Shown: positions 26,101 through 37,177 of the stretch, piece after piece
Position numbering within the stretch: the stretch's first letter is position 1
How the letters are laid out: each line of letters starts with the position of its first letter
NCBI GenBank assembly: GCA_964035545.1
Contig: OZ037765.1
Coordinates: 24,613,504-24,677,503, forward strand
Source of the DNA: Bugula neritina
Lineage: Eukaryota; Animalia; Bryozoa
Length of the DNA stretch: 64,000 bases
Reading direction: 5' to 3'
Notes under the pieces: generated by a model
Told to the model about the DNA's origin: nothing
Databases searched by the model: none
Seen by the model: only the letters and a program-made list of their open reading frames with translations
Program-made: the position numbers and the translations under genes

Positions 26101-28318
26101 AGTATTATTTAATGAATCGCTCATCCACTTATAATGTGAACTTGTACAAAGAAAGCAAAACTTGGAGATAGTATTATTGTCCTAAATTTTGCTCCAGCAC
26201 TACAAAACATCGTGCCAAATAAATAAACCTACCTATTTGAGACACAAACATGGCAATAGTGTCTTCACTTAGAGTTTTCTTCTCTCGAAGATAGTCTGAT
26301 AAGTCACCTCCATTACAATACTACAAGTAACAATATGTTATGCAGGACTATAATATTTAAAACAAATTTTATCATTTGCCATTTATCTACAATTATGAGT
26401 CAAGAAAACTTTTTAAATGGAAAAATTGTAGCTCCAACTTCAAAATAGTTTTTTGAAGAATAGAAATAAATTATCTATGCTCTCCACTAATGATTGCAAA
26501 TCAATTTGATTAACAATAGCCAACATCATTATGAAAACCTTTAACATTCATAAAGGAAAAGAACCTAATCAAATGAGTAATAGAATATTGAATTCTCACT
26601 TGACTTATAGTCGAATCATTCAATTACGGTACCTAATAATTCTCAGAGTGAAATTACATGTAAACAATTGCAATACAGAGATCTAGAAAATTTGTACCTG
26701 GGACCAAATTAGACACATAAACTGAATTGATGTACAATAGTGTTTAATTTTGATGACGCCAACTAAAGAATACTGTGAATGACACATTGGTGAACATTAC
26801 TGCTCTGCAGAACATGCTTTTTTATTAGAAAGTGGAGTTTTGGCAATCGACCAGCGCACAATAATCATTATAAAGGCAAAAATGATGTCTATAACTCACC
26901 TCTGTTATAAGATAGAGGGTATCAGACGACTCCTACAAGCAGTGAATTGAGTTGATAATTAACATAATATGACACCTGAAACAGGCTGAGCTAACTAATA
27001 GTGAGTTAAGATGCTGCAGACTACATAGAGAATAAGAACCAATTCTTTTTACTCTAAGAATGCTGGGTTAGTTAAAGTCACTCTGAACTATTATTTCAGA
27101 ACTACAACTAGGTGGTGCACAAATCAAAATAAATTTATTTCTTATAAGTTTACAACATAATTTAGGTATAACAATTTAACACGTTTTACTTCAACTAATA
27201 AACTTGGATGTTTCAATTTTTCTTCTGGTAATTGTGTTATCTAAACATTTTATTCAAACTTAGTAACATGACTGATTCAAAAAATTGTTAAAAAAATACC
27301 AAACGCAATTCTTAAATGTAGTGGGAAATACTAAACAAATTAGTATATCCATACATTGAGTTCTAAATAGATGTTCTCTAGATTTTTAGTAATAGAACGG
27401 TATTTACCTTACAATCCAACAGCCGCACCACATTTTCATGTTGCAGACTAGATAGCTCCTGAAATATAATTAAAATAAAAGATACATTTAATACAGTGTT
27501 GAGGAGTCTTGTCTAGCACAATATTACAAATGCTAGTTTAAACCATAATATATAAATATAGTGATCTACACTAACGAGGGGCCCAACTATAACACACACA
27601 GGGAATACAACATAACAACACACACAGAGAATACTGATACAACACACAACGGGATTATAATATAATACCTTGAGGATTCGAATTTCTTTGCTAAGAACTG
27701 CTTGAGATTTTGGAATCTTCTTTTTCTCAATGCATTTGACAGCTATCTCAAATCCTGGATTCTGTAACAAGTATCAGTTATTATTAGTGGTTAATATGAA
27801 ACTGAGTGACTTTGGGAAGCTGCCACCAGCTTAGGTGAGTAAAAATTCTAAATTAAATATTGAACAGTTGGACCTACTGTCAACACTGAAGGCACTTTAT
27901 TCATCATCTAAGAGAAAACCTAACTCATTACCAATTGTAAGCTGTTGATAAAAATTGCCTTGCAGCAGCAATTGTGAATCAATAGATCTGCCTTCAGCTA
28001 TAGAGTTCTGTCAAAACCTATTACAGCATATATATTAAGTGAAAATGCCAGCAGTTCAGTATGTATCACAAGCATATATAAAACAGTAGTAAACAGCAAA
28101 GCCCTAATGTCACATGTATGGAATTATGATAGTTATAGACATTCTCACTACTAAACAGTAAGCTTGATGATACATTTTATAAGTTTAATTAGTAGATAAA
28201 AATAAATAATGTGTGAAGTAAATAATACCTTGCGAAAACACCCTTTGTATACAATAGCAAAAGCTCCTTGTCCTAGCTTATCTCGCAAATCATAATCATA
28301 ATCACCAACATGCTGCAT
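20185..28318 (-). CDS. ULK1: Serine/threonine kinase ULK1/2 (Atg1/unc-51)
   Basis: About 13 exons (approx. 28229-28318, 27669-27761, 27408-27458, 26901-26933, 26233-26320, 25399-25521, 24203-24482, 23793-24060, 23193-23548, 22002-22613, 21702-21853, 20812-20856, 20185-20343). Motifs [71 protein letters not shown]; Pro/Ser linker; C-terminal MIT region ([32 protein letters not shown]). Confidence 0.95.
25175..25230. mobile_element. 56-bp hAT-like mini-insertion (family A) in a ULK intron
   Basis: Starts CATTGAACTATAAC and ends AGTTTTAGTTCATTG; flanks ACTACACA / ACTACACC (7/8 TSD); contains a 16-bp perfect hairpin at 25174-25211. Confidence 0.7.
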
Positions 28319-29089
28319 TTTGCTGATAGATTGTCTGCAATCCTCACTATGGAAGTGACACAATGCTGAAATTGTAAAGAGGCAAGCAATTATTGTTCTT
28401 CAAAGCTATGGAGTAATTTTAATAAGCACCCCAAGTAATACTTATAGAATAACTCTGTGTAAATAAATTATAGCGTCTTGAAATATTTTGCAAATTTCAG
28501 AGTAAAATAATTGTTTTTAAAAATAGTAGTGCATTATTTTTTCCTATTTAAAATTTTAATTATGAACTTTTAACATAATCTTTTTAAAAAATTGAGCTTT
28601 AGACTCACCAAAATAATGAAAAATATGCAAGTAACATATGATGTACAGCTATTTCCAGAAGCTCGCATTTCATTTTAATATTGTAAAATTTTATATAAGA
28701 TACAATGGAGAAACATTTTAACTTATGCAATATTCTCATTTGCTGAGTTCTAAATTGTTTATTAGAAAGTTGTAAGAAAATTAAGAAGAGGTAGCTGCAT
28801 TCAATTAACAAATAAATACAAGATTTAATACTACGAGGAGTCTATAATATTGTAATGCCTACATATACTAATCGCTTAAAACAATATTGAGACATTTTTA
28901 TATAATCAAAAGTAAAACCTTAACTGTACACGTTTTAATTGATCAAATAGGGATAAGTTTTATTCCGATAATATACATGTAGACTATATCGAAAAATAGA
29001 GCCTGTGCTGCCAAAAGTAAGAAAATGTGAATACAGAGTCAAAGAAATATCACGTTGTGAATGTTTAATATCCAACAGAATAATTATGA

Positions 29090-31260
29090 CTCACTCAATA
29101 GTCAATGCTATTAATATAATAATAATAGTAATACTAATACTAATAATAGTAATACTAATACTAATAATAGTAATACTAATAGTAATAATAGTAATACTTA
29201 TACTAATAATAGTAATACTAATACTAATAATAGTAATACTAATACTAATAATAGTAATACTAATACTAATAATAGTAATACTAATACTAATAATAGTAAT
29301 ACTAATACTAATAATAGTAATACTAATAATAGTAATACTAATAATAGTAATACTAATATTATTAATACTAATATTAGTAATACTAATATTAGTAATACTA
29401 ATATTAGTAGTTTTGGTGGTGGTGGTGGTGGTGATGGTGGTGGTGGTGATGGTGGTGATGGTGATGATGGTGGTGATAGTGGTGGTGGTGATGATGGTGG
29501 TGATAGTGGTGGTGGTGATGATGGTGGTGGTGATGATGATGATGGTGGTGGTGGTGATAGTAGCATTGAACTATAACGTTATAGTTTTAGTTCAGTGAGT
29601 GGCAGTAGTAATAGTAATATTATACGTAGTAGTATTAATTTAGTAGTATTGTACTAATAGTTAATGTTATAGTTATATAGGAAAGTTATACCAAGTTCAA
29701 TAATTATACTAAGTTTATAACATTGATAATTATGATGTTTATCAGTTTGAATTTAACTTAATAAATTAGAATTATCATTATGATCATCTTAATTTTATAA
29801 TGCATGCTACAATAATTGTAATATAACACCTATAATATGAATATCTTAATATATCCTAATATTCATAATTACCATAATCATAGAATCAGGTCATAGTGAT
29901 AGTCAAACACTAATAAACTAAGACAGCAGTAATACTCATACTGATAGTGATAACTGACAAGTTGTACTCATATCGATAGTACTAGTAGCAGTATAAATAT
30001 GAGTATCGTACTAATCACTTATTACTGATGAGATTTACTTTTAGTGATGGCCATACTGATATTGAAACTGAATCAATATTATTATAGTGATAGTCATACT
30101 CGTAGAAAATACTGAATAGTAATATTCATAATTATAAACACTTAGACTTAGAGTTAGTCTAAGACTTACACTTACAGAACTTATTGCTAGTAGTAGTTTT
30201 ACTGTGTCTGTTAGGTATAGTGATTGTTAGACGCTAGTGTAAGTTTTGCACCTACTGTTACACTTACTCACTTAGTCTTGCTTAAATTAAAGCTAGTGAC
30301 TGTGAGTTACCACTATCAAATTCACTAAGTCTAACCTAGTAACTTTAGAGCTTAAGCAGTAAGTACGACCAAATCAAAATGAGTAAGACTAGGTGCACCG
30401 TGAAGTGTACGTGTTACACTTACTCACTTAGTCTTAGACTTAGTGATGGCGAATATGATACTCATGCTTGGTACAGCAGCTGTAAGTTTAAGAATAACTG
30501 ACTTCTGAGTAAGTCAAAGTAACTGTCTAACTGACTAGCTCTAACTCTAAGAGTCAGACTCAGACTGATACTACTACTATTACTAATAGTAATAGCAATA
30601 CTTATACTAATACTAATAGTAATACTAATAGTAATAATACTAATACTAATAGTAATACTATAAGTATATGATACTGATGGTAATAGCTACTGATGGTAAT
30701 AGTAATACTTAGTCCCACACTAACAGTAACAGTAATACTAATATTAATAACACACTCACAGTGTAACTGTAAGTGTTATTAACTCTAACAGTATAACTAT
30801 AAGTATTCATAATAGTATTACTATTATTAGTATTACTATTAGTATTACTATTACATTTACTGCATTAGCCTTAGGCTTAGTATTACATTTACTCAATTAC
30901 TGTCTTAGATTTAGTAACATTAATTAATACTAATAGCATAGTCATACCAATAATATTGATAATACTAATACTAATACTAGTAATAGCAATACTAATACTA
31001 ATATTAATAGTAATACTAATACTAATAGTAATAATAATACAATACTAAGACTAAGAGTAAGTTATTCTAAAGTCTAGGTCAAAGTGAGTAACTAACTGTA
31101 AGACTAACAGTAAGTGTAACAGTAACTGTAAAAATTGGTTATACTTCTAGTTATACCTATACTTACACTTACAGTTACTACGTTACTTATGATAGGAATA
31201 ATACTAATAGTGAGTAACTAAAGTCAAAGCTGAGAGTTAACGTGATAGTACTTTTAAACA
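29090..31260. repeat. Large TNA-lattice island in the ULK 5' region, including (TAATAC/TAATAG)n and (GGT/GAT)n tracts
   Basis: 29115-29410 TAA-TAC/TAG hexamers; 29415-29560 GGT/GAT triplets; about 30143-30178 tta gac tta gag tta gtc taa gac tta cac tta cag; 24-bp direct repeat TGTTACACTTACTCACTTAGTCTT at about 30256 and 30413. Confidence 0.9.
29564..29597. mobile_element. 34-bp family-A mini-element (no recognisable TSD)
   Basis: CATTGAACTATAACGTTATAGTTTTAGTTCAGTG has the same ends as the 11915 and 25175 copies; its left flank is a microsatellite. Confidence 0.55.
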
Positions 31261-31502
31261 AAGCCACCATGATTTCTTTATTAAACACTGTCTCAGTAGT
31301 CAGTGAGGATTCGGATAAAAACAACCAATGAGGTCTCAGTTTCAAGATATCACCCTGTTGAAGTGCAGCCTTTGTGTGATCAGAGGAATAAAGGGTAGAT
31401 AACCCTTAAACGTAGACTGCAAGTGGTCTCGAATCAACTTTGACAGCAAAAGGCTAGGCAGGATAACTCCAAATAAACAATTAAGTACAATGTTATTGAA
31501 AC

Positions 31503-31524
31503 CATTGAACTATAAGCTGTAGTG
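31503..31524. mobile_element. 22-bp family-A remnant
   Basis: CATTGAACTATAAGCTGTAGTG flanked by ATTGAAAC / ATTGAAAA (7/8 TSD). Confidence 0.55.
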
Positions 31525-32509
31525 ATTGAAAAAGCTGAGCAGAAAATGCACCCATGCTTTGAAATCTGTTCATAGTATATTATTTGAACTTTGTGCCATT
31601 GCTTATAATATAGTATGTAACAGCTAATAGCTCATTTTGCACATTCTATACTTATGCCATTGTTTGTGCATTTTTAATGTTTCTTAGCATTCAGACTTCA
31701 AACAGTAATGAAGTTGCAAGGAAAAAATTAAGAAACTACTATTGGCCATAAAATATAGGTGTGCGTTATATAACTACTATTGTCGGGTAGTTGATTCAAT
31801 ATGAATATAACCAGCACACAAAATAGATTTGAAAAAGAATATTTGCATGGTGCAATATAAATTTGTAAATTATGTAGTAAAAATATATCAAGGGTTTCTT
31901 CTATAAAAAAAAGCAGAGCAAGATACTTCAGAGATATCTTAAATAGCTTTCCAAAAGCTGGTTGCAAAATTAGGACTGGTCTCAATACTGATAGTAAAGA
32001 TATGGTTGCATCTAAAACAAAATGTTGTAAGCCTATAGAAATAATGATAATAACATGTAACACTTAATATTATAAGAATCATGTATTACTTTTTACTATT
32101 AGTAGTATTATCAACAGATCAATTGGAAACCACGCAGAAATCAGTAACACCTAAGTGAGGATTTGTTTGCAAACCTGCAAATTTCATAGATCAGGGTCAT
32201 AGCGTATAAAACTTTATTTCAGCTTTTGAGTAATTTCTTGTACAGTTACAAGCGGTACGGGAGGAATAACTCCAGTGAATATGCACAGCCATTGCGTTGC
32301 ACGTTGTCCATGTGCCGTGTTCGAATGCCTTAGAATTTGAATTATGTGCGCGACAAAATGAAAATGACTCTTGAAGCTTCAAAACTTGTTAAAATTTTAA
32401 CTTAAAGTAGTTTGATTAAAATAGACACTTGTCTGCTGGCAGAAGGATTAACTTCAAAATTATTATCATCATTATGAGATAATTATCACAAGTAGTTTAA
32501 CGTAATTTT

Positions 32510-33210
32510 CGTTAAAGTTTTACTTATACTATAAAGTATAAGTAGTATACGTATAACTATAAGTTATAGTTATACTTATACTACTTATACTTTATAGTTA
32601 TACTTATAGTTATAGTTATTGTTAAACTTAATGTTAATCATGATATTGATAATGATTATCATATTCATTATGATTATCATTATGATTATGATTATTAATT
32701 ACCATTATCATTATGATTAATATTCTGATTATCATTATGATATTATTATTAACAATAACAATAACATACAGTTACTGTTAGTGTTACTGTTACACTTACT
32801 GTTAGTGTTACTGTTACTGTTAGTGTTACACTTACGTTACTGTTAGTGTTAGTGTTTTACTTGCTCTTAGACTTAGACTTACAGTTAGTGTTACTGATAG
32901 TGATACTGATACTCTTACTCTTAGTCTTGGTCTTAGTAACTGTCTTAGTCTTACTGTTACTGTTAGTGTTATTGTTGGACGCAGGACATAGTGAATGTGA
33001 TACTCATACTGATACTCACTCTGACTCTCACTGTTACTGTACTGCTATTGTTACTGTTAGACTTAGAGTTACTGTTAGACTTAGTCATAGTGTTACTTAT
33101 CTTATTCAGTTATTGAATATTATTATTATTGATATTCATGTTGACCATGACATTGATCATGGCCCAGGGTCTTAATCTTATCACACTGAATCACTGCCTT
33201 AGACTTATGT
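32510..33210. repeat. TNA-lattice island in the AKAP1 5' region
   Basis: tga tat tga taa tga tta tca tat tca tta tga; tta ctg tta gtg tta ctg tta cac tta ctg; tga tac tca tac tga tac tca ctc tga ctc tca ctg tta ctg. Confidence 0.9.
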
Positions 33211-33333
33211 CTTGCAAAACTAAGGGTTTATGATAAATATGTGCATTATATCGTTCAGAATGAAAGCTTGTGTGTCGGTGATTTTAGGTCCTCATTGACG
33301 ATTTTCTCTAGAGATTTCATCGTATTTTGAAAA

Positions 33334-36300
33334 ATGAGTGACTTGACTCAGAAAGTTAAAGTAATCGTGGGGTTATGTGGCACCCTTGTCACTGCATATA
33401 TTTCTTATGTGATTGTCAAGGCACTATCGAATCGGCGGTCTGTAAAGCATAGTGAGGCACATCCTAAAGGTGAGCAAGTTGAAGAGGAATTAGCAAAAAC
33501 TGAGTCTGTACTTGACACATTGGATTCTTCCTCTGCTAATGACCAAAAGCTTACAAATTCAAGTGAACCTTTGAGTTTGGGTGTAAAAAACTCACCTGAG
33601 CAGCCTGATACTGCAATAACGGTGCCATCAACTGGAAGTACATATAAAAATAATGACGATTCTGTAAGGCCTGCAATTGAAGAATTTGTCAGTTGCAGCA
33701 ATGTTTCTACTTGTGCCTCTCCAGCTGTTGCAGAAAACTTATCGTCAGAAAGTGATGCTAATACGTCTTCAAATGTGCCGAAAAGCCTGTCTACAACTGC
33801 AAAACCATCTTTAACTGATGCTACTAATGACTCAGCTCTTAACAATGATGATAATGCATCTCCAGTTGTTTCAGATGAGTCGCCATTGGTTGTTGCAGAA
33901 AGTTCGTCTCTGTGCACTGGAAAAGATCCATCTCCTATTAGTAGCATGCAGATAGATTTAGTAAAAGATTCATCTCTATGTATTTCGGAAGGTTCAGGTG
34001 TAAATATTGTTGAATCTTCATGTATCCTAGAAGAAAGAGCTTCAAATACTGATGCTTGTCACATAGATTTACCTGTTGGCAGTGATCAAAATGAAGAGAA
34101 TAAGAACAAATCCCCATTAGAAGTAGTTGAAGATTTCATAAATCCCACATCCGTTAGTGAGTCTTTTAAAAGCATTTCATCACCTAATGAAATTAACTGT
34201 ATTGAAGAAATTGTTCATGAAGAGCTATTGGTGGCTGGAAAAGCAACTCCATTAGAGGCATGCATCTCAACACAGCCTATTGATAATATTTTGGATAGAG
34301 GTGATAACAGTTCTTTGCTGAACAAATCATATGATTTAAATGAAGGTGCACCTTCTTCAGCAACCAATGGTGTCTGTGAACCTGAGCTTGCACATGTTTT
34401 TTCGACTACATCAGAGAAAGAGATGAAGGAAAACAGTGAATGCAACGGAATCCCTGTGTGTAGTGTTCCTGTTTCGCCAAATGCTGTTAAAAATGTGTGC
34501 TCTGTGTTGAGTGAATCACAAGGTAGTGGTTTGAGTGAGGTTAATGGATGCACCACAGCCGACTCTGGAATAAGCCAATGTCTTCCTCATAATAGCAATT
34601 TGGATACAGCGGTCACCAACTCTAAGGTACAAATTCTTTAAATATTCCCTCATATAAAAACTTACAAAAAATTTAATAAACAACTAAAATTGATACTGTC
34701 TATTAAATTTTGTGTATTACTATTTGTCAAAAAGAGATGTAATTTCAGAAATTTTAAAGTAGTTGCCAATAGTAAGTATGCAAGTTGTAAAGCAATTTAT
34801 GCTTGCTTTTTCAATGCAGTTTATGAAAAGGTATGTGGCAAGATTTCTTTTGAACATGATGATCTGTTTTAGTCTTATTTTAAATTTTTTTCTGTAGGAT
34901 TCTACAGAAGCTACAATACACACATTCTTGTTGCCAGAAACTCTGTGTGGGTTGTTTATTGGAAAATCTGGTCGAAATATTTCAGCTCTTAAACAAGAAA
35001 CTAATACGAATGTCAAAGTTGGGCGATCTACTGTATTTTCAAACTTCAGATATTGCACAGTAGAAGGTTAGTACTGTTATCAGAATTACGATTTTTTAGA
35101 ATTCATGTTTTATGAATCTGTTTCCTCAAATGGCATATAGTTGGAACAGCATTTTATGACTTGTGCATTTTTTTGTTAAAACAGGATCGCAAGAAAACAT
35201 TGAAAAGGCCTTGGAAATGGTCAGGAAAAAATATCCCAATGTGAACACTACTCACGTTACTGAAATACTGAGCCGACAAGCAATACCCGAGGGCATCACA
35301 CTTTCTACTGACAGAATGCAGGTAGTGTCATTTTGTAATATTTCAAAGAGTTTGTTTAGTTTTGATTATTAAAGTATTACAAAAATTGAGTTGCAGTTAA
35401 AAAGTTATCATTACCCCAAAACTAGCAAATGCCTTCATTCTGCTTGCAAAGCTTTATATGTATTTGAAATAGACTTTTAATGTTGGAAGAAAGCAATGGT
35501 TACTAAGAATGTGTGTTAAAACACATTGTTTCCACCCAAGTAATGAGGGTATTGTGAAACAAATGCAACATGTTGGATGTAATGATCATAAATCTGTTTT
35601 TTCGTAGCTCCATCTGCCAATGGGAGTTCTTTCAGATGTTGGGATCTCCCACATAGTCAATGCTGGTCACATTTTTGTGCAGCAACCCGCTCACCCATCA
35701 TTCAATTCATGGCAGGCATTCAATGACATTATGAACAAGTGCTATACAGATGGCTCCCAGGTTCCACCTTTGCCCCCTAATGTTGAAGGTATACATCATT
35801 GGTTTATAGACCAAATAATCTTAATAAAGAAGTCGTATTGATTGGAAACATCATAGGCTATCAATGCTGATTAACAGTGTTATGCTAAATTGAACTGGGA
35901 CATTTTAATTTCAATTTATTTTCCTGTATATCACTTGCATTGGAAATTAAAAAAACAATACGTTTAAAAATGTTCACTGTTTAAACTTTTTAGTAATTTG
36001 TTAATATAATAATACATAATAGTTACGATGAGTAGGATGTATATTCCTATCTGCTAATAATGATAATTTTCTAAATTCAATCTTTTTCACTTCTCTGCTC
36101 TACAGACAGTGTTCTCTGTGTGGCCCCAATCGAAGGCCAGTGGCACCGGGCTCAGATTATGAGTTTCAGTGAGGATAGGTTGACTTGTGAAGTCAGACTG
36201 ATGGACGTGGGAGGCTACAACAATGTTGCCACTGGGTCATTGAGACAAGTCCGAGAAGATTTTCTCAGGCTGCCTTTTCAGGCTTCAGAATGTTATTTGG

Positions 36301-36743
36301 CTAACATTGAACCCAGTAAGTATCGTATTCATAATGAGATTTGTGCAACCAGCTACAGTTTGTTTTATGGTGTTCGTTAATACAACATAATATTGGTTAC
36401 ATTTTTAGTTGATGGCATTGCTTACACCGAGGAAGCGACTGCTGAACTGAAGGCTATGACTTTCAACCAATTGGTGCAATGTCAACCGGTTGCTGTAGCT
36501 GACAATGGCATTCCTTTCATTCATATTGTTTCTGTCAAGGACCAACAGGTAATTTTTAAATATCTCTATCTGTACCTGGTTTTCAATCACTTTTTGATTA
36601 ATTTAATATTTTCTGGTTGACAAAGTGGTAGCAGAAATAATAATGTAATGTAGTTTGAAATTTATATTTTTGTTGCTTTGTAGGTTACAGTTGTAAACCG
36701 TGAATTGGCAAACAAAGGTGTAGTGAAATGGTACGAGATGTGA
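33334..36743 (+). CDS. AKAP1: AKAP1/spoonbill-like mitochondrial KH-Tudor protein
   Basis: Exons about 33334-34627, 34898-35067, 35185-35321, 35608-35788, 36106-36316, 36409-36548, 36683-36743. N-terminal TM anchor followed by basic residues, a long acidic/Ser region, KH (LCGLFIGKSGRNI), 'SHIVNAGHIFVQQPAHPSF', Tudor (APIEGQWHRAQI...DVGGY...LRQVREDFLRLPFQASEC) and the C-terminus VNRELANKGVVKW. Confidence 0.9.
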
Positions 36744-37177
36744 GAAACTATTTGATATGCTGCTACAATGTTGCTACTTTTCCGCTTAATTGCTTTTTGT
36801 CATTATATATTGCTTTGTGGATAACTTCTATAAAAAAGAATACACATTAACTATTAATAGGGCTTTATTTTTCAAAAATTCAGAAATAGTAAATTGTAAA
36901 ATAAGTGTGAATTTGATAATGTTACAATTATACTTAAAAAAATTGGTCAAGCTTTAAATTTTAAGTAATAGTGTTGATATAGTTGTAAATAAAAAACTAC
37001 TCAATTTTATGCAGCCTTGTATTAGAGATTCTTATAAACACAGCTTAGCATGTGGCAAATCAGACTAGTGTATATGTAAAATTGTAATGATATGACTACA
37101 ATGCCATTGGCCATCAAAACTCCCTTCAGTAATGACTAGACAGCATAGGCACATGGTGGCCTACTGATATAATGTGG

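Noticed and set aside
29110-29410. Regular repeats as a possible CRISPR array or telomere
   Set aside because: No unique spacers, no cas genes, eukaryotic context, and not a TTAGGG/TTAGG-type repeat.
29005-29598. 197-aa poly-Ile/Leu/Val ORF and the opposite-strand poly-Pro/Leu ORF
   Set aside because: Translation artefacts of TAATAC/GGT repeats; no ATG start on the + ORF, no homology and no splice context.
33405-34556. Antisense ORFs (180 and 113 aa) inside AKAP1 exon 1
   Set aside because: Typical shadow ORFs of a long coding exon.
12444-36743. Functional clustering of autophagy/mitochondrial genes (TMEM59, ULK, AKAP1)
   Set aside because: Interspersed with unrelated genes; no shared element specific to them; compatible with chance.
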